NCBI GenBank assembly: GCA_048772705.1
Contig: JBLWGC010000051.1
Span: 248,001-312,000, forward strand
Length of the DNA stretch: 64,000 nt
Reading direction: 5' to 3'
DNA from: Leidyana gryllorum EB-2025a
Taxonomy: Eukaryota > Protista > Apicomplexa
The translations under genes and the position numbers were made by a program. Shown here piece after piece: positions 43,301 through 55,300 of this stretch; the stretch's first letter is position 1; each line of letters opens with the position of its first letter. Below the pieces are notes generated by a model. It was given only the letters and a program-made list of their open reading frames with translations. It did no database searches and had not been told where the DNA came from.

Positions 43301-46300
43301 GAGATGCCCAAAGAACTCTTGTGGCGTCTCGAGACCGCACCAATTGACAATCCTGCCGGAAATCCTCAAGAGCACGCCACTCCGCCCACTACGCCCAAAT
43401 TGACCTCAGACAGGCCCACCATTGCTGTGTCGGCGTCTCCCAATCTGTCGGGAAGTCAGGCCCCGAGCAAAGAATGGGTGCTCGTTGCCCCAGCTCACCA
43501 ACACAATCTGCTCGAGCAGCTCGCCCAGAGTCTCCCAGAGCCCCACAACACCACAGAGGTGGACCTGAACGATAATCAGCCCTACCCAGCTGGATCCACC
43601 AACATTGTGCTTCTCTTCAAAGACATTAGCGCGGAAGCCGCGGCCCTCACAGCTCTCCTCAATGCCCAACGCATCACTGGACTTCCCAATAGAACGGTAC
43701 AATTCTGGTTACTGTGGAGTAATCGTGAGCTAGACGGTGTTATTGGTGCATTCCGACGATCGCTTGATATGGAATGGAGCCTTCTGGGTACCAATTCCAG
43801 AGTGGCGTCTCTGAGGATCGACGATCTGTCTATCCTCAGCGCCTCCCACTGGATTGATCTCGAGGCCAAACTGCTAAGTGGGGAGTCCGAGATTATTCTC
43901 AACTCACACTCCGCAACTATGATGGCCCCGCGTCTGATGCCAGTGGAATGGGGAAACCGACCTTTCGGAACTGTGCTCGAGCTCTACCGAGATGGTCCGG
44001 GCCTGAAAGTGAGAGGAGCCAATGCGGCCATCCGCCGCAACCCGCGAGCTGACGAAGCCGAGGTGTCGGTACGCTGTTTCGGCCTCAAACGTCGCAGTGG
44101 GGCCCACCAAAGGGCGGGTGATCACTCATTCGTGGAATCAGCCGATGTGTACTTTAGTGGAATAGTGGTGGGAGTGCCCAACCATCCCAAGAGTCACGAG
44201 CACGAACTTTCATACAGAGTGGGAGCTCGTGTGACAGGAACGTGGCCAGCCAACACGAGCGTCTGGAGAAGTCTACGGTGCATCCCGAAGGAGTGCATCA
44301 AGGATACCTTCCTCGACGATGTCTCATTCGAAGCAGCCATTGTGGATATGTTGGCAGGCCCACCAGAAAGGGGCGAAGTGAATAGGGTCTTCCAATGCAT
44401 CGACGCCAGCAGCAATGAAGACTTGCAGAAGAATCTTTGCATGAGTGACAACGATGACATTGTCGTCCTCAAAGTCCCCTCTGTGATCGAAGGTCTGAAC
44501 CAAAACCTCAAGATCAAGCCGAGCCATGAGGCAGTGGTAATCACAGGTGGTCTGGGAGGATTGGGTCTCCGAATCGCAGAGTGGTTAGCCTGCCAAGGGC
44601 TCAGGAATATAGTGCTATTGAGTCGACGGGGTACACTATCACCCGAGTTGGCGGCTGTTGACCAGTCGTGGATGCGACTGGTCAACCACGACAGCGAAAT
44701 CAATGTCAAGTGTGTGGCGTGTGATGTGACGGATTACGACTCTGTACACCGAGTCTTTGAACGTTTGGTGAACATTGATGGTTTCGATGTAGTTGGCATT
44801 ATCCACGCGGCCGGTATCCTGAGCGACAAACCGTTACAGCGTATGACCATCGAGGAAGATTGGGATCCAGTCAATGCTGTCAAGAACCTCGGTTTCCGCC
44901 ACGTCTCCGCAGTTGTTGACGAGTTGAAATTGAAACCGCGTTTCTTCACCGTCTTCTCATCAATTGCGGCTCTGATGGGCAATGCCAATCAAACAAATTA
45001 TGCCATGGCAAATGCGTTGATGGATACATTGGTTGAGAGGCGACGAATCAAACGACCTGAACTGCCCTGCCAGACAATCCGCTGGGGTCCTTGGAAGGAG
45101 AACGGTATGGCCGCCTCCCTCGAGTCGGCCTACACTTTGTTGGGCTATCGGGGGATCAGTAATGAGCTCGGACTCGTTGTACTCAGTGAGGCGCTCAAGC
45201 ACCCCAGCACAGACTACAATGTCATGCCACTGGACTTGGGACAGTTTGTCACTGGGAGACCACGAAGATGGGCCATGTTCGAGAACATCTACAGCCGGGC
45301 CCCCGAAGGCGGAGTCAGCAAAGGCGGCAAACGAGTTCTGCCCAAACGATTGCTGCGCCTCAATGATGCAGATCTGCACGCTCACATCCGGAAAACGGTC
45401 TTGGAGGCTGCCAAGAAGGTTATTGGGGGAGACACCATCAAAAGCATCGATGATCTGCCGACTGATGTACCTCTCACCGATGCTGGTGTTGACTCTCTGG
45501 CCGCTGTGGAGTTCCGAGACGAAGTTAGCCGACAACTGGGGATCAATCTGAGTGTGTCCACACTGTTTGATTATCCCGCCCTCGACAACCTTGTGGACTA
45601 TGTCTACCAAGAAATCAAGTCCATTGCCGGAGCTCCGGGTACGGCAGGCCCCTCCACGAGCCCCGCCATGGGCAAACCTTTGTTGGGCTTAGGCGGGAGC
45701 CGAGCAATGGAAGGATACGCGGTGGTCGGAATCGCTTGCCGAATGCCCAGATCACCTGACCCGAAGTTGTTCTGGCAAATGCTCGAAAAGAAGACAGATT
45801 GTGTGGTTGAAATGCCACTAAGTCGATTCAATCTCGACCATTTCTACTCTCCCGAAATGGACAAACCCGGTACCGCCTACACCAGAGCCGGAGCTTTCAT
45901 GGGTGGCATTGAGTGGTTCGACAATGGGTTCTTCTCCATCAGTGATGCAGAGGCAAAACTGATGGACCCCCAACAACGAATGATGCTGGAAGTCACTTAT
46001 GACGCTGTTGTGGATGCCGGATTGGATCAAAAGTCTCTCAGATCCCACTATCAGGACCTCGGAGTCTATGTGGGTTGCTGTAACTTTGATTGGCACTATA
46101 TGGATGCCAACAACAACCCCAAGAGTGGATCTCCCTTCAGTTGTACTGGTGGCAGTATGAGTCTGGTGTCCAATCGTATCAGTTACGCTTTTGGTCTTCA
46201 TGGTCCCAGTATGACCATTGACACAGCGTGCAGTAGCAGTCTGGTCGCGCTCGACGCCGGACGTGAAAAGATGGATGGGGGCGCCTGTTGCGGACTGCTC

Positions 46301-49300
46301 CTCGGAGGTGTCAATCTGATGTTGAGTCCTCAACTCTTCATTGGCTTCTGCAAAACCCGCCTTCTCAGTCCAGACTGTGCCTGCAGGACTTTTGATGCAG
46401 GAGCTAACGGATATGTCAGAGGTGAAGGAGCCGCCGCCATGTTGCTGTTGCCCGTGGGAGGCCTCAAGAGTGTTCGGGAGCAAAAGATCTACGCCATCAT
46501 CCGTGGATCTGCCACCAACCATGTTGGTCGAGGCTCCACCTTGACAGCGCCGAACGGTCCGGCACAGGCGGCTTGTATCACCGAGGCCCTCCAACGTGCC
46601 CGAAGAGAGCCTAACGATGTCTTTTACCTCGAAGCCCACGGCACCGGCACAGAGCTCGGTGACCCCATCGAGGCCGGAGCCATCAAGAAAGTGTTCTTCG
46701 GTGCCACACCTCGCCCCGCCCCTCTGGTGCTGGGAGCCATCAAGACTAACATTGGTCATCTTGAAGGCGCGGCTGGTGTGGCTGGGCTGCTGAAGACCAT
46801 TCTGGTGCTGCACAAGCGACAGATTCCTCCTAATGTTCACTTCAAAGAATTGTCACCCCACATTGACTTTACCGACTGCAATGTGAAGATCCACGCTAGC
46901 GAGGGTTGCCTCTCCTTCGATGACGATCTGGGCACTGTTCCACAGGTCGTGTGTGCTGGTGTGAGCAGTTTCGGATTCGGAGGTGCCAATGCCCACGTCG
47001 TGATTGAGAGCTTACCACTCAATCAGAACACAAAGCGGGAGACCACCACTGCCCTCCTCCTGTTCACCGGGCAAGGAAGTCACTTGGCCGCTATGGGAGC
47101 CCAATTGTACAATAAGTCGAAGATCTACAAGGAGCGGTGGGACATGTTGGAAGCGGAATTCCACAAATTTGTGGCATCTGCACTGTTCCAAGACAACGCG
47201 ACGGAAAGTGACATCCAAAACATCCCTGAGGGCTCACTGATCGAAGCGTTGGAGAATGTCGAGAAGCTCGATGCCTCTCCTGTGACTGCACAGGTGTCGG
47301 TGGTGATGCTGGAGCTGTCCTTGATGGCGTTCCTACAGTTCACATACCCCGATGTTCAGATTGCGGGAGTTGTGGGACACAGTTTGGGTGAACTATCTGC
47401 GCTGGCTGCTCTCGAGATAATGGAACCAGCCGACATAGTCAAGCTGGTCGCCCTCCGAGCAGCCTTCATCCAGAGTTGGTGCGATAAACCTCAAAATCAG
47501 TGCATGGTGGCTTGCAAGGAATCCGCGCAGGTGGCAACTGCGAAGATATCAGAGTTGAATTTGACGCACGAAGTTGCAGTGGCTGCAGTCAATGGACCGA
47601 AACGCGTAGTGATCAGTGGTATATCGTCTGCCGTTGAACGAGTGGTGACTGCCATGGGACTCAAGGAAGGACGAACAGCTAAGCGATTGAATGTCAACCG
47701 AGCATATCACAGTCCGTGCATGGCACCTTTGAAGGAGCCATGGGAGAAGGTGCTCACCCTGCGCTTCTTACCCAAATTACTACCGCGCCCCGAGTCTAAG
47801 GCTGGAATCCAGTACTTCAGTACAGTAAAGGGTGGTGTGATTGATCATTCCGAGTTACGGAAGCCTCAGTATTGGGTGGACCATTTGATGAACACTGTGC
47901 TCTTCTACGATGCCGTGAATGACGCCTTCACCAAACTCGCCCCGTCACTCGACACCATCATTGAGGTCGGGCCCAGCGGGGTGCTCACTCGCCTCATTGG
48001 CGCATTCAAACCAACTCTGAAGAGTACCTTCAGCTGCTTCACACTCGACGAGGATCCTCTCATGGAGGACATTAACTGTCAACGAACCACGACTGGACAT
48101 CAGTGGCGTCGACGTCGGCATAGATGGACTGACCACGTTTGCCATCCAATGCTCGGGAACGGACAGAATCTGTACGATGGCAGTGTTCAGTTCCGCACAT
48201 GGCTCAGGAACGATGCGGCAGCACTGTTCCGAGATCATAAGGTCGTCAATAGGGCCATCATGCCTGCTACGGGAATGATGGATATGGTGACTGTCCAAAT
48301 CGCTCAGCTCAACACAAAGAAGTGGCAGACAGCTGTCAGCGTCATTGAGAGAATGGACTTTATTCGTCCCTGTCTCATCCCTCCCGAGGCCACGGACCGC
48401 TCGAGCAAGTTCAAGTGCGAATCGCAGCTCTGTGTCACTTATCAAGCAGATGGATCTTTCAAAATCGTTCAGAACTATCCTCGTGCTGATGAAGATGAGG
48501 ATGGACCTGTGGTGGTGTGTACGGGCCGAGTGTCTCTGCGAACAGGTTTGACGGAGAGGAGTCCGATGTCGAGTCCCACTTCCCCCAAGACCGATGTCCT
48601 GGACACCGGAGACGGTTTGGCCCAGATCAAACAACGTATCGCTCGCCATGCATTGTTGAGCTCTTCTACGATGCGCGATATTGGTTTCACTGATCTCACG
48701 GAAAACATTACCCCCGAACTGCTGGAGGAGGTGGCTGCCTCGGACGAAAAGGCATTGGCTGTTTTCGACACCATCGCTGAGCGATCGTCTGAGCACATTC
48801 CGTTCATCTATGAGAGGTTCGCAAACAAAGGCATCCAATATGGCGCGCGTTTCCGGACAATGCGTCAGTTGGTATGCAGCGACACAGAGGTTTGTGCCCT
48901 CCTCAAAGTCACGCTCCCCGAAGATCCCTGCCTGGCCGGCCCAGAAGAGGTGTTATCCCATGATGAAGCTGATTACTTTGTGGATCAATGCTTCCGTTGG
49001 CATCCTGCAGTGTTGGATGGTGTGCTTCAGGCGTCGGCACCATTGGTTCGAACGGTGGAAGGTGTCTATCTGCCGAGTGTTATGAAACATGCGTACTTCC
49101 GCGGCTTATCGTGGGACGTCACTGAGCGCGGTCTGTGGGGACACGCGCAGATGATCACCAAAGACGAGAACACCATCTGCATGTCACTGGCGTTTTACAG
49201 CGCAGTGACATACGAGCGAGTCGGAGTCATCTCTGACTTGCGGTTCCGGAAACTGAATCTGCAGTCCACTTTCACCGTGCCGACCTCTATGTTCTGGACC

Positions 49301-52300
49301 ACCACCTGGACCGCGGCGCCGGAAAGTCTGACGGAGAGCGATGGGCCATCTGCTGCAAAGGAGATCGAGAACCAACCGGCCGACAATAAGGCCACAGTAG
49401 ACAGTGATCCTCAGAACATGTTGCTGTTGGGCCGGTCTCGTGACTTGGAACTGAACGACTTGGGCGACAATGTCGCGGAGGTGCCGAGTGATGACTCCTG
49501 GACGGAGTGCTTGAACGATGGCAATAGCAAAATCATTGCATCCCTCCACCTCCTTACCAATCGGAAGATGAATGAGCTGTCTCGAGTATATCAAGGGCTG
49601 TATGACATGTTGCAGAAGCTGCAACTGGCTGTCAGTGCCAGCTCGACCGCAAAACAGTACCTCGTGATAGTGGGCACGCAGAGATCGGGACTGACGTCTT
49701 TCATCCGGGCAACTTGTCTCGAGATTATAGCCACCGGACTCGGACGCAAACTGGAGGTCGTCGGTGTCGAAGTGCACGGTGACTACAACTCCACTTCCAT
49801 CACAAAACTGCTTGCCAGCCTCTCGCACCATGTTGTCAAGAGGAGTGTCAGTGAACGTGAAACGCTCTTGAGATACAATGCGGAGGAGAGCACGTGGAGT
49901 GTAAGCAGACTCATCAAGTCGGCTAACTTTGAGTGTTACGGCCCCATGGAGATGTTCCTGCCCAAGCGTGGCACTATCAGTAATCTGCGCATTCGGCCGA
50001 TGAGCAGCGAGGGACGGATGCTGCCGGGCCCTGGCGAAGTTGAAATCCTCGTCCTCGCTGTTGGTCTCAATTTCCGTGATGTACTGAACGTTATGGGACT
50101 CTATCCGGGCGATCCTGGCCCCCCAACTGCGGATTTGGCAGGTGTTGTTCTGAGAGTTGGGCAAGGGGTCACTCGTTGTCGGTTGGGTGACAGAGTGTAT
50201 GGTCTGGCTACCAATGGCGCCTTGAAAACTTATATCACCACTCCAGAGAGTCTGGTGGGCGTCTTACCCGACACTCTGGAAGCTCCATGGACTTTCGAAG
50301 CGGCATCTGCCCTCCCGGTGGCTCAGATCACTGTGGAGTATGCCTTCACTGATTTGGCGCGTCTCGACGGGCCAAACAATATCATCGATGACAAGTCCGC
50401 TTTGCCCATGTCAACCGAGGCCAAACGTATACCCGAGCCGTACCACTCCAGCCCCAACATCCTCATCCATGCTGCGACTGGAGGCGTAGGTCTGTTTGCG
50501 GTCCAATACTGCAAGCGTATTGGAGCCACCGTTTATGCAACTGCAGGAGCAGACTTCAAACAAGATTACCTCCGCAAGGCCTGCGGTTTGGAGTATGTGA
50601 CCAGCAGCCGCAATCCGACACAATTCAAAGAGGACATGTCGCGTTGGCTCGGTGCTGACAAAAAGCTGGACGTTGTACTCAACTGTTTGGCCGGAGATTT
50701 CATTGATACAAGTTTGGCGCTTCTCAAACCCGGAGGTACTTTTATCGAGCTGGGCAAACTGAGTATAAAGACTGTGGCTCAAGTTGCGGAAATCCGCCCA
50801 GATGTTATCTACACGCCAGTTGCTGTCGATGTGATGGTGGCTCGTGACCCAAGGTGGTTCGCAGCGCAACTCGATAGGACTGCTCGCTTGTGTTCCGAAG
50901 GAAAAATCGTCCCGATCCCGGTCACAAACTTCCACATACTCAACAGTCACGATGCCTTCCGCTTCTTACAAAAGGCGGGACATATCGGCAAGGTGGTGAT
51001 CGCCCTCCCAGTATTGTCAGAGTGGCTAAGCAGTCAGTCGCCTGATGAGAAGGCCTCGGAAGAGATCACTCAGAGCGGGCTGAACGCTGCCTCAGGATCC
51101 AACAATGGTGGCCGCTCTCTTAACGAATACGACAGACCTATCATCATCACTGGTGGATTGGGCGGCTTGGGGTGCGTGATCACTGAGTGGCTCATATGCC
51201 ATCTGGGGATGCGAAACATCATCGTGATGAGCCGGAACGCAAAGATACCAGAACCCCCTGCGACAGAGGATATTGAGCCAACTTTGGCGTGGCAGACTTG
51301 GGAAAAAGTCCAAGCGTATCCTCAAGCCACCTTGCAACTCATCAAATGCGATGTTAGCGACCGACAACAAGTACTCGATGCTTTCGGCCAACTGAACATC
51401 AGAAATCGGGGTGTACAGGGGATAATACACGCTGCCGGTGTCCTGAGAGACCTGCCCATCAAAAGTATGACGCCCGAGTCAGTAGATGCAGTATTTAAAC
51501 CCAAGATTGATGGTACATTGAATCTCTGCGAGGCTCTGCGGACGAACGATCTTGAACCATCCTTGAGTTTCTTCGTCGCTTTCAGCTCTGCAACAGCAAT
51601 GCTCGGCAACATCAACCAGACGAACTACGCGGCTGCAAATGCAATCATGGATCACATAATGCTCGAGCGGCAAGCTGCAGGACTGAAAGGCCAATCGATC
51701 CGCTGGGGTCCGTGGACCGAACAAGGAATGGCTAAAAATCTCGAGTCCTTCTTGGGTACTCTCGGTATCAGAGGTATCACCAATGACATTGGACTGCGAG
51801 TTCTGGGCGACGCCATTCGCCAGCAGAGTACTGTGCCCGTATTGGGTGTGGAAGGTCTGCGATGGAGAGCTTACTTGACACAATATGATGAGAAAGTTCC
51901 TGCTTTCTTCAGTGAAGTCGCATCCGATGCTGCTGGAGGTGCAGCGAGAGATCGTCTCGATAAGAACTTACTCAATATGGACGCTGAAACACTGAGAGCT
52001 CATGTTCTACAGATCGTTGTCAGCACTGCGGTCGAAGTGTCCGGTCGCCGGGCTGAAGATGGGATCGATCTGGATCAGCCACTGACGGAATCCGGTATCG
52101 ATTCCTTAGCAGCGGTGGAGTTTGGAAATGAACTCTCTAACAAACTGGGGGTCAAGTTGAGTCCGACCACGCTTTTCGACTACCCGACCCTCAATGGCAT
52201 CGCTCAACACGTGTACGAACGCATTGCCAGCAGCATCGGAGTTGCGGCAGGTGAGGGTGGAGCGGAAGCGGGAGTCTTGGGCGGCGCTCTAATTGATGGT

Positions 52301-55300
52301 GAAGAAGGCCTCGTCTTGGGTCCCGACCTGTCACCTCTGGCAGATAGACCCATCAGTCGGGTGCCCCCGGGCGCTATGATGGTACGATCGCCTAATCTCG
52401 CTATTGTCGGGGCAGCGTGCAGGATGCCAGTTCACAGCTGGTCTCTGGATGCCTACTGGGATATGATGGTGTCGAAGAAGGACTGCATAAGATTCATTCC
52501 CGAGAGTCGCTTTGACATAAGTCGCATCTTTGACGCTGACCCGAAGATGAGCAATCGATGCTATGTGCGGGAAGCCGGCTTCATGGATGGCGTGGACTTG
52601 TTCGACCACCGCTTCTTCAACATCACACCGGCAGAAGTGAATGTAATGGATCCACAGCAAAGAATCTTCCTCGAAGTTGCCTACGAGTCGCTTTTGGACG
52701 CTCGGCTCAACCGCAAAGCTGTGCAAAACAAGAACATTGCAGTCTATCTGGGTTGCTGTAACTTCGATTGGCACTGCACCGAAGCCACTGCCCGATGTGA
52801 CAGCACTTTCAGCAGCACTGGCATCGCGGCCAGTATTATTGCCAATCGTGTGTCATACGTCCTTGGTTTGGTGGGGCCCAGTATGGTGATCGATACAGCC
52901 TGTAGCAGTTCATTGGTCGCGCTGGATGCTGCAATGAACAAGATGAGTATCGATGACAGCATTGAAGGTGCCATCATTGGTGGTGTCAATGTCATCGCTG
53001 CTCCTCACGCATTTGTCGCATTCTGCAAGACCCGAATGCTGGCTCCTGATGGCAGGTGTAAGACCTTCGATGCAGCTGCAAATGGCTACGGACGAGGAGA
53101 GGGTTGTGGGTCCATTTATGTGGTTCCAAGCCGGAGTCCAATGGCAGCGACTTCGAGAATTCATGCCACCATCCGAGGATCTGCTGTGAATCATGATGGA
53201 ACAAGTGCCAGTCTCACTGCTCCCAACGGTCGGGCCCAACGAGCCGCACTGGCTTCGGCCTTGGTGCGGTCTGGCGTAGCAGCGAGTGATGTGGTGTACC
53301 TTGAGGCTCATGGTACCGGTACAGCCCTTGGCGACCCGATTGAGGCTGGAGCCATTAGAGGTATCTACTTGGACGGTATCCGTGCTGAAGGAGGCGACGG
53401 CATGCCCTTGGTGCTCGGAGCTGTCAAGACCAACATTGGTCATCTGGAGGGAGCCGCGGGTATTGCTGGATTGTTAAAGACCATGTTGGTCTTGAAGCAT
53501 AAGCAAGCACCACCTCTTGTACACTACAAGAGCTTGAATCCACACATCAAGTTCGATGGAGTTAAAGTCGTCATCCCGACAGAGGTGGTTGACCTTGAAG
53601 TTGTGAGCGGCCGGTTGAATCGCACGAAGCCACGTCTATGTGGAGCTGTCAGTAGTTTCGGCTTTGGCGGCGCGAACGCCCATGTTATCATTGAGGAAGT
53701 TGTGGGCCGACAAGCTTCGTGGCCCCAAGAGAGTGCGGACAAGACATCAGAAGCAAACGTCGTTTTCCTCTTCACTGGCCAGGGCTCTCAGTATGTGAAT
53801 ATGGCTCGTGATCTGTATGACGGTGATGCTGAGTTCAAGTCTACCGTGGATCACCTGCTATCGTTATTCGGACCTCTGGGAGAGGAAGCACGGAAGGCCT
53901 GGTTCAAGTCCGATCAGGATGCTGAGACGTCGGTGGAGGAGATAAACCGAACAAATGTTGCCCAAGTCTGTCTCTTCGTCCTACATGTCAGTCTATTCCG
54001 ACTCTTACAATCCAAAGGAGTCACCCCCTCTTTCGTGTTAGGTCACTCTCTCGGCGAGTACGGAGCCGCAGTGGCGGCTGGAGTAATGACAGCGGAGGAT
54101 GCAGCTCATCTGGTCCTAACTCGGTGCCAAGCGATGCATCACACTGTGTCTGACGACCCCGTTATGGTGGCCTTGCGAGTGTCCGAACAGACAGCGCTAT
54201 CTCAGATTCAGGCATTGGGTCTCGATGTGGCGGTTGCGTCTGTCAACGCTCCACAGAACATCACTGTCAGCGGAGAACGAGGTCAGGTTGTCCAACTCTT
54301 GGATGCGTTGAAAGTGGGAGATAACTGTCGCTACTTGAGTGTAACGCAAGCATTCCACAGCTCCTCCATGATACCCGCCAGCGAGAAGCTGCGTGCAGCA
54401 ATGACTGGTGTTGTCCTACGTGAATACTCGCCTACTCAGAGTGCGCCCAAGTTCATCAGTACTGTAACTGGCAATATCGGGCCGGAGGCTCATGAGAGTG
54501 ATTACTGGCCGAACCAAATCATTCAACCAGTCCGGTTCCACGAAGCGATGCGAACGGCGTTGGTACGCGGCGGCTCTCTGTTTATCGAGATTGGCCCCAA
54601 GCCAACTCTCATTAATCTGGGTCGACTGGCGCTCCAGTCCGAAGAGAATACCGGGTGTCAATGGGTCCCATGTCTGATGCCTCAGACTGATGCCCAGAAG
54701 ACTGTCGCCGCGGTTTGTTCCGTTGTGAAGGGTCAAGAGGCACACTCCTGGAACCACGTCAGCATTCCCTGGCAGCCGTGTATGGTGGCTGACGATGGAA
54801 GTTACCTCGCCCCCAACATGGCCATCAGCAAGTCCGAACCGCAGACCGAGCAACCTGGAGATCGGTCCGAGGCAGAAGAGATGGTCACCAATGCCATTAA
54901 GGACGTCGCTCGCCGGGTGTTCACTGATGTCTCCATAGAGGATCTGGAGACCCCCCTCTTTGAGCTGCTGGCTGGTGTGGACAGTCTTGCCACTGTTGAG
55001 TTCCGCGAACAGCTCAATGACAAGCTCAACTTGGAAGTCCCAGTTACTGTTCTGTTCGACCACTCGAATTTCCGAGAGGTCCGCGACTACGTGGTGGACA
55101 TGGTGCTCGAGACGTCCGGCAGAGTCAGTCGCAAGGGTCTGGGTGTGGAACTGCATGGACCAGTCAGCGCAAGTCAATCAGTTGGTATCGTTGGAATTGG
55201 TCTGGCGTTCCCGCACCGCGCCCGCAGTCTAAAGGAGTTCTGGCAACCAATCATTAATGGCGAGGCTCTCTTTGTGGACATACCATTGGCGAGATACAAC

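Noticed and set aside
45818-50164. Long antisense ORFs inside the PKS (45818-46840, 47945-48838, 49184-50164; similar ones at 54416-55177 and elsewhere)
   Set aside because: Shadow frames of a GC-balanced coding strand, with no motifs of their own
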